A stretch of DNA of 64,000 nucleotides from Macrostomum lignano. Taxonomy: Eukaryota. Made by a program: the position numbers and the translations under genes. This document shows, piece after piece, positions 18,001 through 30,364 of this stretch (its first letter is position 1; every line of letters begins with the position of its first letter). Below the pieces are notes generated by a model that made no database searches, was not told where the DNA came from, and saw nothing but the letters and a program-made list of their open reading frames with translations. The DNA lies in contig NIVC01001909.1 in the NCBI GenBank assembly GCA_002269645.1, positions 62,001-126,000 of the forward strand, given 5' to 3'.

Positions 18001-19539
18001 AGCCGTACGCAGCCTTCAAATGCGCCACGCAATAGCTGCGGCTAAGCTGTCGGTTGCACATCCGGCTATTAGGGCAGGTATAACCAATCATCATTATTAT
18101 TATTGGATGCAAACAGGAGTCTACTGCTTACTGACTTCTCTTCGCACCATCACGCAGGTGTGGGACGCCATGTTTCCCGGCTGCGTTCCCTGGAACAAGG
18201 TCAAGCTTGAAGAGGTAAACCTGAGCTCTAGACGCAAATTCACCTGGATGGCCAACTGCGACATTGCTATTGGCATCGGGCAGAAACATGGCATCACCAG
18301 GGACGTCTGCTCTTCTGGCAACATCTCTACCGGCGAGGTAAAGTACATCGCTTCAATGGTGTTCCTCATGATGCGCCTGCACGCCCAGCTGACTCGCAAG
18401 GAGATCATCGGCGAAGACAGCAAAGTTGCCGATTTAGACGATAAAGGGCTGGTTAAATGGTTCAACGAAATGATGGAGAAATATCGCAGCGACTTCCGAC
18501 TGAAGAGTGTTGATGTAAGTTTGAGTAAAAGTAGGGCTTTTGGTTCTGGATTCCCCAAATGTCAAATTCCCCAAATGTCACATTCCCCAAATTCCACATT
18601 CCCCAAATGCCACACTTCCCAAAGGTCACATTCCCCACATGTCACATTCCTCACATGTCACACTCCCCACATGTCACATTCCTCACATGTCACATTCCTC
18701 ACATGTCACACTCCCCACATGTCACATTCCTCACATGTCACATTCCTCACATGTCACATTCCCCACATGTCACATTCCTCACATGTCACATTCCCCAAAT
18801 GTCACATTCCCCAAATGCCACATTCCCCAAATTTCACATTCCCCAAATTCCATATTCCCCAAATGTCACACTTCCCAAATGTCACATTCCCCAAATGTCA
18901 CATTCCTCACATGTCACATTCCCCAAATGTCACATTTCCAAATGTAAAAAATCGAACCCCGGCGCACTCTTCATTGCCCTGCAAACTCAGGATCCCAATC
19001 TTAAAAACACCAACGCGCTGGGCTACTTCGGCGAACGAATCCTGGTTGAGAACAACCTGTTGTCAAGCGGTCCGGCCGATTTTCCAAGAAAACCAAAGGT
19101 CGCAGAGGCGGCGAAGAAGCCGGCAGCAGCCGCAGGCACCACGGGCAAGCGAACGCCGCCGCCAGTTGCGCCGAAACCGAAGATGCCGGCAAAGATGCCG
19201 CCAAAGAGTAAAAATGCAGCCGACAGCAACGCGGAAGAGGACGACGGAGCTAAAAATGAGGAGCCGGCGGCTACGAATGACGACAACGGAGAGGAGGAGG
19301 AGCAGCAGACGCCAGCTGAAGCGCACAACTCCGGCGGTGGCGCTTGGCAATTCAACAGCGTCGAACAGGTGTCGTCGGACCCGGCGCTTCTGACGACATT
19401 CTCCGTAACTGCCATCCTGATGTTCAGCAAGGCAGGGGTCATTGTCTACGCTAGCAAGCTGGGACCGGAGACAGATGCAGCCGTGTACAGAAGTGTCTTG
19501 ATGGAGTTGAACGGTTTGTCAATGAAAACCTGCAATTGA
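15008..19539 (+). CDS. Plastin/fimbrin-like copy 4, intact, about 693 aa, most divergent, long Pro/Lys/acidic insert in CH4
   Basis: Exons 15008-15085, 15567-16081, 16518-17100, 18158-18514 and 18991-19539. Intron positions and phases (0,2,0,0) are the same as in copy 3, and the frame is open to TGA. Confidence 0.88.
15112..15436 (-). mobile_element. tRNA-derived SINE family A, full-length copy with 10-bp TSD
   Basis: The minus strand carries an A box (TAGCCTAGTGG), a B box (GGTTCGATTCC), a core TTGAGCAAGACAC...CACCCAGCTGTAAAATGGG and a (TTA/ATT)n tail. Direct repeat GTTTACTGGA flanks it at 15102-15111 and 15437-15446. Confidence 0.85.
17195..17470 (+). mobile_element. tRNA-derived SINE family B
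   Basis: Head has TAGCCTAGTGG (A box) and GGCTCGATTCC (B-box-like). Body AATCTCGGCTTGGCT...CCAAGGCACAGTGAAGT...GCCGCTGTACACTCCTGTGT is shared with 2985-3215 and 9262-9490. The 3' end is not defined. Confidence 0.65.
17838..18103 (+). mobile_element. SINE family A, 5'-truncated copy
   Basis: Same core (CCTTGAGCAAGACAC, CAGCTGTAAAATGGGTACC, GGGGTAATTGAGGCTG) and (ATT)n tail. A possible TGGATG TSD lies at 17832 and 18104. Confidence 0.8.
18553..18945. repeat. 16-bp minisatellite CACATTCCCCAAATGT, intron 4 of copy 4
   Basis: Degenerate tandem units. Confidence 0.9.
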
Positions 19540-19805
19540 CACCGCAAGCCTGCTGTGGGATCATTTCTGTTTCAAAATCATCCATTGTGTAGAAGTAACA
19601 TTAATACATAACTGCATAATGACGCGTCTTGCTAAGCAACAAGCTGGCATGTCAGGTAATACATTTTTGTTTTTCTAGTCTGATGCCGGATCATTTTTGA
19701 CAACAATGGCCAATGCAGGATGCAGGCAAAAATACACGGAAACCTACTATATAATAATTTAGAATTGTATGAAGCCAAGTTCATCATTTCATACGATTTG
19801 AATGC

Positions 19806-19874
19806 CTGACTGACTGACTGACTGAATGACTGACTGACTGACTGACTGAATGACTGACTGACTGACTGACTGAA
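19806..19874. repeat. (GACT)n microsatellite
   Basis: Direct reading, with GAAT interruptions. Confidence 0.9.
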
Positions 19875-20921
19875 TTACATGTAAAAGCGGCTAAAGGAGA
19901 GGATGAAATAACGAATTATGTCGACATTTGCAGTCAGGTTGCAGGCAGGAATTCTAATTGGAGGGTGGGGCACAGTTAAACCTAAGGGACAACAATATTT
20001 TAATGGGTGCCCCTGTTCTCCTGGTGGGCGCCCCCTCCCTGTTGCTTCTACAGTATCTCTTTGGTTGGGCACCTATATCTCATGCTTTGGGCACCCCTAA
20101 CCCCTTTCTCAGTAACTACTCCGAACTGAAGCAAATCAAGGGACTGAGAACTGGGACTATACACAGTAGAGAGCTATAAAATAAAAAACCATGGGATATT
20201 TAAGGTCATAATTCGTGTAAAAAATATCTGTGGCGAAAAAGAAAATATAATCAATGAATGACTGTCTTTTACTCAAGGCAGTGAGGACTCTCAGTATTTG
20301 GACGCCCATGTTGAGCATTTGATTTCTGACGAATATTTAATCAGTATATTTTTAGCTTTCAGAATGAAACTTCAAGAGGGGAAACCTCCATTTCAATTTG
20401 AATGATCTGACTTACCTTATTCGTTGCACGGGTTTTCGTTATCGACCGTTAAATGGACACGACTGATTTTAGTTGCAATTCAAAAAGCCTTTTTACGAGA
20501 ATGTAAAAGAATGAGAAGAACTTGAGAACATTGAATGTTCGGAAGTAAATAAAGACTGTGTGCAAGGGTTGAACTCCTAAAAAAGAATCGTTTAAACTGA
20601 AACAGTACTGAAGACTACTGAGTCAGTGTATTTGCGTTGTTCTCTTTTTGAATAAGGTGGTAACTATAAATGTTTGTGAGAAAACTATAATAACTATTTA
20701 AAACATATTGCACGATAACTAGACTGTAAACTAAACTGACTGTTTCATATGCAGATCGAAATGCCGAAAGTACAGATCACTAAATACTGAATTCGAGCAG
20801 AATCACTTATCGACTTTCGCTATCTGTCTTATTTTATTGCAACTTAGTGAATTTAAGTCTAGTTGCAAATTACTGTCTGTGATCTAACCTGTAAACAGAT
20901 TTGCGGCTAATTATTAAAAAA

Positions 20922-23900
20922 ATGCCTACTTCAGTTTTTCCTTATAATGTCCAGTATGATTCTGGAACTGTTCGGAGAAGATTTTTCATGTAAGTATACA
21001 AACATTTTCATTATAATTTAATTATTTTAAACTCATTGTTCCTAATTTAATTATGCTATGCATATTTAATTTATACCAATTCAACCAAAACCAATGTATG
21101 GATTATTTTAATGTATTTAAATAAAAAAATTCTAGAATTTATAATTTTAGTTTGTTACTAAAAATACCAGCTACCAGATCCAAGAATTGTGCTTAGTTAT
21201 TAAAAAAACTTCAATATTTTAAATAAAATTTTAGGTATCAATCTTTTATCCTTGTGTTTACATTTGCCTGCTACACAGCTTATCATCTATCTAGAAAGCC
21301 TATATCTGTTGTTAAGGTAAGTAAGCAACTTTAATCATTATATTATTATTTATTATTTTAACTTGCTATTGTATCATTCAAGCTAATATTTGCACATTGC
21401 CAAACTATTTAAGAGTGTCCTACATAGAGACTGCAGTGCAATAGCAGCTGCCAAAGACATCAAGTTAACAAATGAAAACAAGTCATTCTGCAGTTGGAAA
21501 CCTTTTGGTAACATATCAGATTTATTTTGCTTTTTGTCTCTTTACTAAACATTTTAAAAAGTCAAATCTGTATAAAAATCATTTACTTAAACAATTTTAG
21601 ATGAAGACAATTATAATGAACTATTGGGTTCACTTGAATATGCCTATCTCTTTGCCTATGCAATTGGAATGCTTGTTAGGTAAGTCAAATTTATTTAAAG
21701 TTTTTTTTCATTTGTTCTTAAAACTATACAAATTAACTAGCACTTAACAGACTGCTAGGAGAAGGGGAAATGAAAAAAAATACTTTTTAGATAAGGATTG
21801 AGTATTAATTTTGAGAGAGAATCAGACTAAGTTACAATAGTTGGGCAACAGTCGAGTGTGCATTAGGGGAGAGAATCGGACTGGGTTGGCGAAGGTCGAG
21901 TGTACATTGGGGGGAAGAGACAGAATCGGACTGGGTTGGCGAGGTTTGAGTGTACATTGGGGGGGGGAGAATCGTACTGGGTTGGCGAGGTTTGAGTGTA
22001 CATTGGGGGGGGGGAGAATCGGACTGGGTTATCGAGGTTTGAGTGTACATTGGGGGGGGAGAGAATCGGACTGGGTTGGCGAGGGGGGAGAATCGGACTG
22101 GGTTAGCGAGGTTTGAGTGTACATTGGGGGGGAGAATCGGACTGGGTTGGCGAGGTTTGAGTGTACATTGGGGGGGGGAGAATCGGACTGGGTTGGCGAG
22201 GTTTGAGTGTACATTGGGGGGAGAGAATCGGACTGGGTTGGCGAGGGGGAGAATCGGACTGGGTTGGCGAGGTTTGAGTGTACATTGGGGGGGGGGGAGA
22301 ATCGGACTGGGTTGGTGAGTTGGAGTGTACATTGGGGGAGAGAGAAAGCATGGGGGAGCAGTAGTGCATTTCGCAGCTTCATAGAAGCTCCACAAACCAC
22401 ACGCGCAGCGGTCACATTGCTGAGCGCACCAATCTGCGCTACTATCTTGGCTGCGGCATGCTGCTTAGCGGCCTGACAACTGCACTATTTGGCCTAGGCT
22501 ACTACTGGGATGTGCACAGCATGACCTATTTTATACTAGTGCAAGTAAGTAGTAAACGTTGCTTATTTGAATCGTATTTTTATTTTAGCACAATTTTTAA
22601 TTAAATAATAATACATTTCAGATAGCGGGTGGTCTGGTGCAGGCTACTGGTTGGCCAAGCGTTGTGGCTTGCATGGGGAACTGGTTTGGCAAGGGCAGGT
22701 GAGATCCTTGATGCTATGGCCTGGTATAAATGTATAATTTTAAGTCTCCCCCCATCTCACTGTCTCCCCCATCTGTCTCCCCCATCTGACTCCCCCATCT
22801 CACTGTCTCCCCCATCTCACTGTCTCCCCCATCTCACTGTCTCCCCCATCTCATCACTGTCTCCCCCATCTCATCACTGTCTCCCCCATCTCATCACTGT
22901 CTCCCCCATCTCACTGTCTCCCCCATCTCATCACTGTCTCCCCCATCTCACTGTCTCCCCCATCTCATCACTGTCTCCCCCATCTCATCACTGTCTCCCC
23001 CATCTCATCACTGTCTCCCCATCTCACTGTCTCCCCCATCTCATCACTGTCTCCCCCATCTCACTGTCTCCCCCATCTCATCACTGTCTCCCCCATCTCA
23101 TCACTGTCTCCCCCATCTCACTGTCTCCCCCATCTCACTGTCTCCCCCATCTCACTGTCTCCCCCATCTCATCACTGTCTCCCCCATCTCATCACTGTCT
23201 CCCCCATCTCATCACTGTCTCCCCCATCTCATCACTGTCTCCCCCATCTCATCACTGTCTCCCCCATCTCATCACTGTCTCCCCCATCTCACTGTCTCCC
23301 CCATCTCATCACTGTCTTCCTATCTCCCTCTCTCTCTCTCTCTCCTCTCACAAAGAAATTCAATCGATATCGTTTTGGCAGACGCGGCTTCATCATGGGA
23401 GTGTGGAACAGTCACACATCCACAGGCAACATTCTGGGCAGCATTCTTGCCGGCCTGTTCGTCAACATTTCCTGGGGGTTGAGTTTCATTGTGCCGGGCG
23501 CTCTGATCGGCTTCTTGGGACTGATGTGTTTGCTATTTCTGGTGCCTTGTGAGTCTCGAATGTTGATTTCAATGCGCTAGTAACTTAAATTTAATTTCTA
23601 TTGCTTAAATTCAGTAGCATATCAGTTGCTGAATATTCTTTATTTTATATCTTTAGATCCATCCGATGTTGGACTGCCTTCGCCTTACGAATATAGCATT
23701 GTGAGTAGATTTATTTACTACCCTCCAAGATCCTCAGTTGCTGAGCCAGCCTCCCAGATCCCCAGTTGCTGGGCCACCAGCCTCCCAGATCCCCAGTTGC
23801 TGGGCCACCAGCCTCCCAGATCCCCAGTTGCTGGGCCAGCCTCCCAGATCCCCAGTTGCTGGGCCACCAGCCTCCCAGATCCCCAGTTGCTGGGCCACCA

Positions 23901-25302
23901 GCCTCCCAGATCCCCAGTTGCTGGGCCACCAGCCTCCCAGATCCCCAGTTGCTGGGCCAGCCTCCCAGATCCCCAGTTGCTGGGCCACCAGCCTCCCAGA
24001 TCCCCAGTTGCTGGGCCAGCCTCCCAGATCCCCAGTTGCTGGGCCAGCCTCCCAGATCCCCAGTTGCTGGGCCAGCCTCCCAAATCCCCAGTTACTGGGC
24101 CAGCCTCCCAGATCCCCAGTTGTTGGGCAGCTCAGTCAGCCATGAACTCAACTGTCCGCAGGAAATCCGAACCGATGATGAGCAGCCGTCAAAGCCGCCT
24201 CCGTCAGCATTGCAGAGCTCATCAAAATCAGTCAAAGGAAAAACGTCTCCAAGCGGTAAGTTGGCTACCATCTCTGAGTCGGAGTCTGGAGACTTTGAAC
24301 CCGATGATGAGGCGTCCCTAGAGACTGGCAGCAGCTTGGATCGACTGCCCCTCGTTGATGACGAAGAAGCTGGCGGTTCGGGCAAAGGCTTGAATTCGAA
24401 AGAGTTGCAAGCAATTGGCTTCTGTGGAGCCTTAAAAATACCTGTGAGTGACCGAATGTGTTTTGGAATTGGATATAAAAGACTATCTTTAAAATTCGTA
24501 GCATTTTTTTCATTTTTCTACTGTAAGTAGAGCACTTAATAAACGTTAATTATTATTTATTTTTTACATGCAATTTTATATCAAATTTACTGTTAGTAGG
24601 GTATAATGAACATGATTTGAAACTAAGACGCTTATATTGAAATTGATAAATTCAAAATAGCAGTGCTTACGGAGCCCTCTGTCTTTGCTACTCAACACTT
24701 CCGAACCAACTAATCTTTCAGGGCGTCATCGAGTACTCAATGTGCCTATTCTTTGCCAAGCTAGTCAGCTACACATTCCTCTATTGGCTGCCAAACTACA
24801 TCAAGCATTCCAACGGGTTGGATCCGGAGAAGAGCGCCTTTCTGTCCACCCTGTTCGATCTGGGCGGCATCGCCGGCGGCATTGCGGCCGGGCTGCTGAG
24901 CGACTGGACTGGGAAACGGGCCGCCACCTGCGCGGGGATGCTGCTGCTGGCTGCGCCCATGGTGCGTCTGTGTGTCTGCGTGTGTGTGTGTGTCTGTGTC
25001 TGTGTGTCTGTCTGTGTCTATGTGTCTGTGTGTGTGTCTGTGTGTCTGTGTGTCTTTGTGTGTGTCTGTGTGTGTCTGTGTGTGTGTCTGTCTGTGTCTG
25101 TGTGTCTGTGTGTCTGTCTGTGTCTTTGTGTGTGTCTGTGTGTGTCTGTGTGTGTGTCTGTGTGTGTGTCTGTGTGTCTGTGTGTGTGTCTGTGTGTCTG
25201 CGTGTGTGTGTGTCTGTCTGTGTCTGTGTGTCTGTCTGTGTGTGTGCGTGTGTGTGTCGGTCTGTCTGTCTTAGTGTCTGTCTGTATGTCTGTCTGTCTG
25301 TA

Positions 25303-25357
<55 letters not shown>

Positions 25358-25678
25358 GTGTTTGTCTTAGTGCCTGTCCATCTAAGTAATGCTAGTATTC
25401 TGATGAGGACAGGTAAAATACTACAAAATGACCATATTTAGAAGCGAAGTGTCCGAAACTTCATGTCGTAAATACCTTTTGCATTGCAGCTCTTTACGTA
25501 CGAGAAGTTTGGCGGCACCAGTCTGACTCACTCCATAGGTGAGCAGCTCGCTATGCATTTATAAAAACGAACTAACTAACTGACTTACTAACTGACTAAC
25601 TAACTAACTAACTGACTAACTAACTAACTAACTAACTAACTGACTAACTAACTAACTAACTAACTGACTAACTAACTG

Positions 25679-25741
<63 letters not shown>

Positions 25742-25742
25742 G

Positions 25743-25799
<57 letters not shown>

Positions 25800-25992
25800 A
25801 TAGTTAGTTACGGCATCGTTCGGCATGGCTGGTTCCAGCAGGTAGTTCCTCTGGATAAAAGCGCTTACCGCGCCCATTGGCTTTCCAGCTGCCTTAATCG
25901 TTTCCGGTGATCTTGTGTGCGTGCTTTCAGCTTGATTGGCTGCGGCAAGCAAGCTCGAAAGAGCTCGCTTCGCTCGCTCTTTCTCGCTATCT

Positions 25993-26031
<39 letters not shown>

Positions 26032-26528
26032 GACTAACTAACTAACTAACTAACTAACTCACTAACTAACTAACTAACTAACTAACTTACTGACTAACTA
26101 AAAACCCACCCACCCCAACACTGGCAGTGCTCCTATTCATCACTGGCGGCTTCGTGAACGGTCCGTATGCTTTAATCACCACCGCCGTCAGCGCCGACCT
26201 CGGCACCGCCTGCGGCTCCTCAGCCAGAGCCCTGGCAACCGTGACGGCCATCATCGACGGAGCCGGCAGTCTGGGCGCGGCGTTCGGCCCGCTGCTCACC
26301 GGCCTGATTGTGCGCACCGGTTGGCGCAACGTTTTCTACATGCTGATCGGGGCGGACCTGGCCGCACTGAGTATCAGCCTGTGGGTCTGGCTCCGCGCAG
26401 AGTCCGTGTTCAACTGCCGGCAGCTGGTGTCCGTGACTGTCTACAAAATGCAGTGCAGCGGCATTCGAGTCGTCACCGTTGCTGCTTTGGTCACGGCTGT
26501 GCTGCTGCTGTCTATGGCCAGACTGTGA
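20922..26528 (+). CDS. SLC37A2: SLC37A1/SLC37A2-like MFS sugar-phosphate/phosphate exchanger, about 572 aa, 12 exons
   Basis: Exons 20922-20989, 21235-21316, 21414-21507, 21601-21679, 22409-22544, 22622-22698, 23382-23548, 23657-23700, 24162-24443, 24722-24961, 25490-25538 and 26128-26528, phase-consistent. Family motifs: [84 protein letters not shown]1 versus A2 cannot be resolved, and the first exon is least certain. Confidence 0.93.
21868..22340. repeat. About 45-bp G-rich minisatellite GAGAATCGGACTGGGTTGGCGAGGTTTGAGTGTACATT(G)n
   Basis: SLC37A intron 4. The poly-G length varies between units. Confidence 0.92.
22745..23320. repeat. 17/20-bp pyrimidine-rich minisatellite CTGTCTCCCCCATCTCA(TCA)
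   Basis: SLC37A intron 6. Confidence 0.93.
23720..24130. repeat. 28/31-bp minisatellite CCTCCCAGATCCCCAGTTGCTGGGCCA(CCA)G
   Basis: SLC37A intron 8. The same family occurs at 35960-36365 and, inverted, at 57095-57658. Confidence 0.94.
24965..25360. repeat. (GT)n/(CTGT)n compound microsatellite
   Basis: SLC37A intron 10. Confidence 0.93.
25568..26100. repeat. (CTAA)n microsatellite interrupted by a unique insert of about 190 bp (25800-25990)
   Basis: SLC37A intron 11. Confidence 0.92.
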
Positions 26529-26599
26529 GCCTCCGATGACCTTCATCTGTTAATCACCTAATGCTTCACTGCCTCTAACCGGTCTTCTTCTCTAATCTC

Positions 26600-27445
26600 T
26601 CCCCTATCCCTCACTCCTCTCCTAACCCAACTCTACTTCTCCTACACCCTTCGACTTCTCTCCCCTTCCCCCACTCTACTTCTCTCCCCTTCCCCCACTC
26701 TACTTCTCTCCCCTTCCCCCACTCTACTTCTCTCCCCTTCCCCCACTCTACTTCTCTCCCCTTCCCCCACTCTACTTCTCTCCCCTTCCCCCACTCTACT
26801 TCTCTCCCCTTCCCCCACTCTACTTCTCTTCCCTTCCCCCACTCTACTTCTCTCCCCTTCCCCCACTCTACTTCTCTTCCCTTCCCCCACTCTACTTCTC
26901 TCCCCTTCCCCCACTCTACTTCTCTCCCCATTCCCCCACTCTACTTCTCTCCCCTTCCCCCACTCTACTTCTCTCCTTTACCCCCCTCTACTTCTCTCCC
27001 TTTCCCCCACTCTACTTCTCTCCCCTTCCCCCACTCTACTTCTCTCCCCTTCCCCCACTCTACTTCTCTCCCCTTCCCCCACTCTACTTCTCTCCCCTGC
27101 CCCCACTTTATTTCTCTCCCCATTCCCCCACTCTACTTCTCTCCCCATTCCCCCACTCTACTTCTCTCCCCTTCGCCCACTCTACTTCTCTCCCCATTCC
27201 CCCACTCTACTTCTCTCCCCTTCCCCCACTCTACTTCTCTCCCCTTCCCCCACTCTACTTCTCTCCTTTACCCCCACTCTACTTCTCTCCCCTTCCCCCA
27301 CTCTACTTCTCTCCCCTTCCCCCACTCTACTTCTCTCCCCTTCCCCCACTCTACTTCTCTCCCCTTCCCCCACTCTACTTCTCTCCTTTACCCCCCACTC
27401 TACTTCTCTCTTTTACCCCCACTACTTCTCTCCTTTACCCCCACT
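26600..27445. repeat. 24-bp pyrimidine-rich minisatellite CCCCACTCTACTTCTCTCCCCTTC
   Basis: Begins about 70 bp after the SLC37A stop codon. Confidence 0.94.
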
Positions 27446-28552
27446 CAAATTTATCCGCTGCCCCCTTAAAATGAAGCCCGCTACTCTAAAATGAGTATTT
27501 TTAGGTTGCGCAATGTCTGGTACAGGGTGTAGTGTACTTTGGTGTCCTGTTTTCACAGCTAATCGAATAAAAGTGCATGTAGTTCTATTTAGTCCCAAAC
27601 TTTAGAAAATATTTATACAACTGGGTCTAAGTATTTGCAAGTAAAAATTATTTATTTGTTAACTAGTTACAAAAGTAGTTTATGCGGTTAGTTTACACAG
27701 GTGTGATAGAACAGAACAAATCTTATTTCGTCTCACTAACCTTTGTCCGTCCATATTTTATTAATAAAAAATAATAACTTATTTTTGTTAACACTGTCGC
27801 TTGGGTAAGATGATATACGTACACGCAGGGTTATGGTAATGCGCGAACGCGATGTACTACTTATTTACAGACACGATGCAATTGTATGCATTGATGTTTT
27901 TAAACTTGCTAGATGTAATACTACTACTGCTATGCATATACTGCTTGAATAAGTAGTATGTAGCTGCTAAATTCGTGTGCCAATATTATTTTGGTCACAT
28001 TACCAACCTTTGGGAAAATGCCTATTAATTAGAATACATAGTGCTTATTATATTTATACGAGATATTCTGCTGATACTACTGACAATTATAGATGCCATA
28101 ATTACAGCTGATCTTTGACGGAAATTTTACCTTTATAAATAAATTTTGATGTAATAAAACGCCTTAGCTTGCAGTGCCATATTTTTATATTAATTCTAAC
28201 TTGTTTCTTGTTTTGTACTTTTATTCGGCCTATCTCTTCGATCTGTCTCCGAGGCGAAGGTTTCTATTCAATGTTTATAAATGCTGAAATCAATAATGAC
28301 ATTTAATAAATGAATGCTACTTACATTTGTTTTAATTTTCGGTTAAATGAATCAACTATAAAACAAGAATAAGACTTTTACTACTCTTTTACTACTTGTT
28401 TTCTTTGCACTACTAAAGTAAGTAGTGCAGTTAGCAGATGACAGTATATTATGATCAGAAAATGCAATTTGTAGTTTGAATTTTTCAGTATCCACAAGTT
28501 GTAACCGTTTTTGTAAAAATGTTAGGAGTCTAAGGTGGCTGTGATACTCGAG

Positions 28553-30277
28553 TCAGCCAGACTGATTTGCCTGCTGAGCCAGTCGAGTTTTGTTAACAAT
28601 ATTCGCCACAGTGAAATAATTGACAGTCAGCCCGTTCAGCACCTTCCGCTGCACCGATTTCCTGGTTCTCCACAGGTCCTCTTTGCCAATGTAGGTGAAG
28701 TCAAACAGTTCGGAGCCTTCAGTCTGGCACATCCGGTGATAGGCCTGGCACAGATCGGAGAACTGCGCTATGCTCAGCTCCCTCGGAGTGCACTGCGGCT
28801 GGGTGCCAGTCTCGGCAAACAGCCTGATAAGCAGGTCGCACCGATCTGGCGGGAACAGGGTCTCCATGCAGGCCACCAGACTTTTGTTTGGGAAAGCGAA
28901 TGCGTGCTTGACCAGCTTGTTAACGTAGGGATACGGCACCGGGATCAGCGGCTGCCGCAGCGGCACCAGCCGTACGACTGTTACATCGACTTTAGCCTGC
29001 GGCAGAAATGCCCGACCGGAGATGTCGAAGCAGCGCCTGGCTTCGCACAGGTACTGAGTGAGGATGCTGGGCCGGCCGCGGCTGCGGGTCCACGTGTCCG
29101 CTAGCAGCCTGTCGGCGAACTCCTTCTGGAAGGTCAGCACCAGCGGCACGCGACCGTGCTGCCAGACGCTACGCCGCTCGGCGATGTCCTGCAGCCAGGT
29201 CATGAGCAGCGGGGTGGAGATGTTGAATGGCAGGTTGCCAACCAGCCGGATTTTGGGCAACTGCTGGCTGTGCCAGTCTGCTGACAGATCCTGCTCACGC
29301 AGGGTGAACAGTCCGTCTGTGGAGAAGTTCACGGCGCTGGTGAAGTGCAGCTGGAGCGAGATGATTAGCGGTAGAAATATGATTTATTATATATTATTGG
29401 TTTGAAGCGATACTTTTAACTTGGATTAAGGATTCCTTCACCTTAAGGATTTGGGATTCTCAGACTGCGGATTTGGGATTCTCAGACTGCGGATTTGGGA
29501 TTCTCAGACTGCGGATTTGGGATTCTTAGACTGCGGATTTGGGATTCTTAGACTGCGGATTTGGGATTCTCAGACTGCGGATTTGGGATTCTCAGACTTT
29601 TATTTCTATTTTTCAGACTGCGGATTTGGGATTCGAGGCTGGGGATTTCGGATTCTCAGACAGGGGATTTTGGGATTCTCAGACTGCGGATTTGGGATTC
29701 TCAGCTTTGAGATTTGAAATTCTCATATGAAGATTTAGGACTCTCAGACTGCGGATTTGGGATTCTCAGACTGCGGATTTGGGATTCTCAGACTGCGGAT
29801 TTAGGATTCTCAGATTGGGGATTTGGGATTCTCAGATTGGGGATTTGGGATTCTCAGATTGGGGATTTAGGATTTTCAGATTGGGGATTTGGGATTCTCA
29901 GATTGGGGATTTAGGATTAGGAATTTCTAACAGCCAGTCACAAAGCGAACCTCCAAGTCTCGGTCGGCAGCTCGCACGCAGTCCTGCAGATTCTCCAGGC
30001 ACGGCTGGAATCTCCTGTCGAGCTCCACGCCGACCACCCGCTGGGCGCCCTCCCTAAACAGCTCCCTGGTGAAGCCGCCGGGGCCGCAGCCGATCTCCAG
30101 CACGTGACAACCAGCCAGAGGTTTAGCGGCCTTAGCCAGCTTGTTCAACAGACGAGGCTCCAATAAAAAGTTCTGTGACAGTTGTCGACGCGCCCGAAGG
30201 TCCAGCATTCGCAGCAGGTCGGCGAGGCTGGGCAGCGGCGGCAGACGGATTGCGGACTTCACAGTTGAGACAGACAT
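28553..30277 (-). CDS. TFB1M: Mitochondrial 12S rRNA dimethyladenosine transferase / transcription factor B1 (KsgA/Dim1 family), about 374 aa
   Basis: Exons 30277-29951 and 29350-28553, joined in phase 0. Motifs RLPPLP, QLSQNFLL, LEIGCGPGGFTR, VGNLPFNISTPL, LTFQKE and AQYLC-like LTQYLC match TFB1M. Confidence 0.93.
29445..29920. repeat. 22-bp minisatellite GGGATTCTCAGACTGCGGATTT
   Basis: Fills the TFB1M intron. Confidence 0.93.
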
Positions 30278-30364
30278 CGCTGAAATTAAAGAGTACAGGT
30301 TGTCCTTTTATTGCAAACTTTTGTGTCCGTTTGCCCTGGCCTGTATCGCCGGAGATCCGTCCCC

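Noticed and set aside
28553-30277. Bacterial KsgA/Erm gene from horizontal transfer or contamination
   Set aside because: It has a spliceosomal intron and the TFB1M-specific N-terminal RLPPLP motif.
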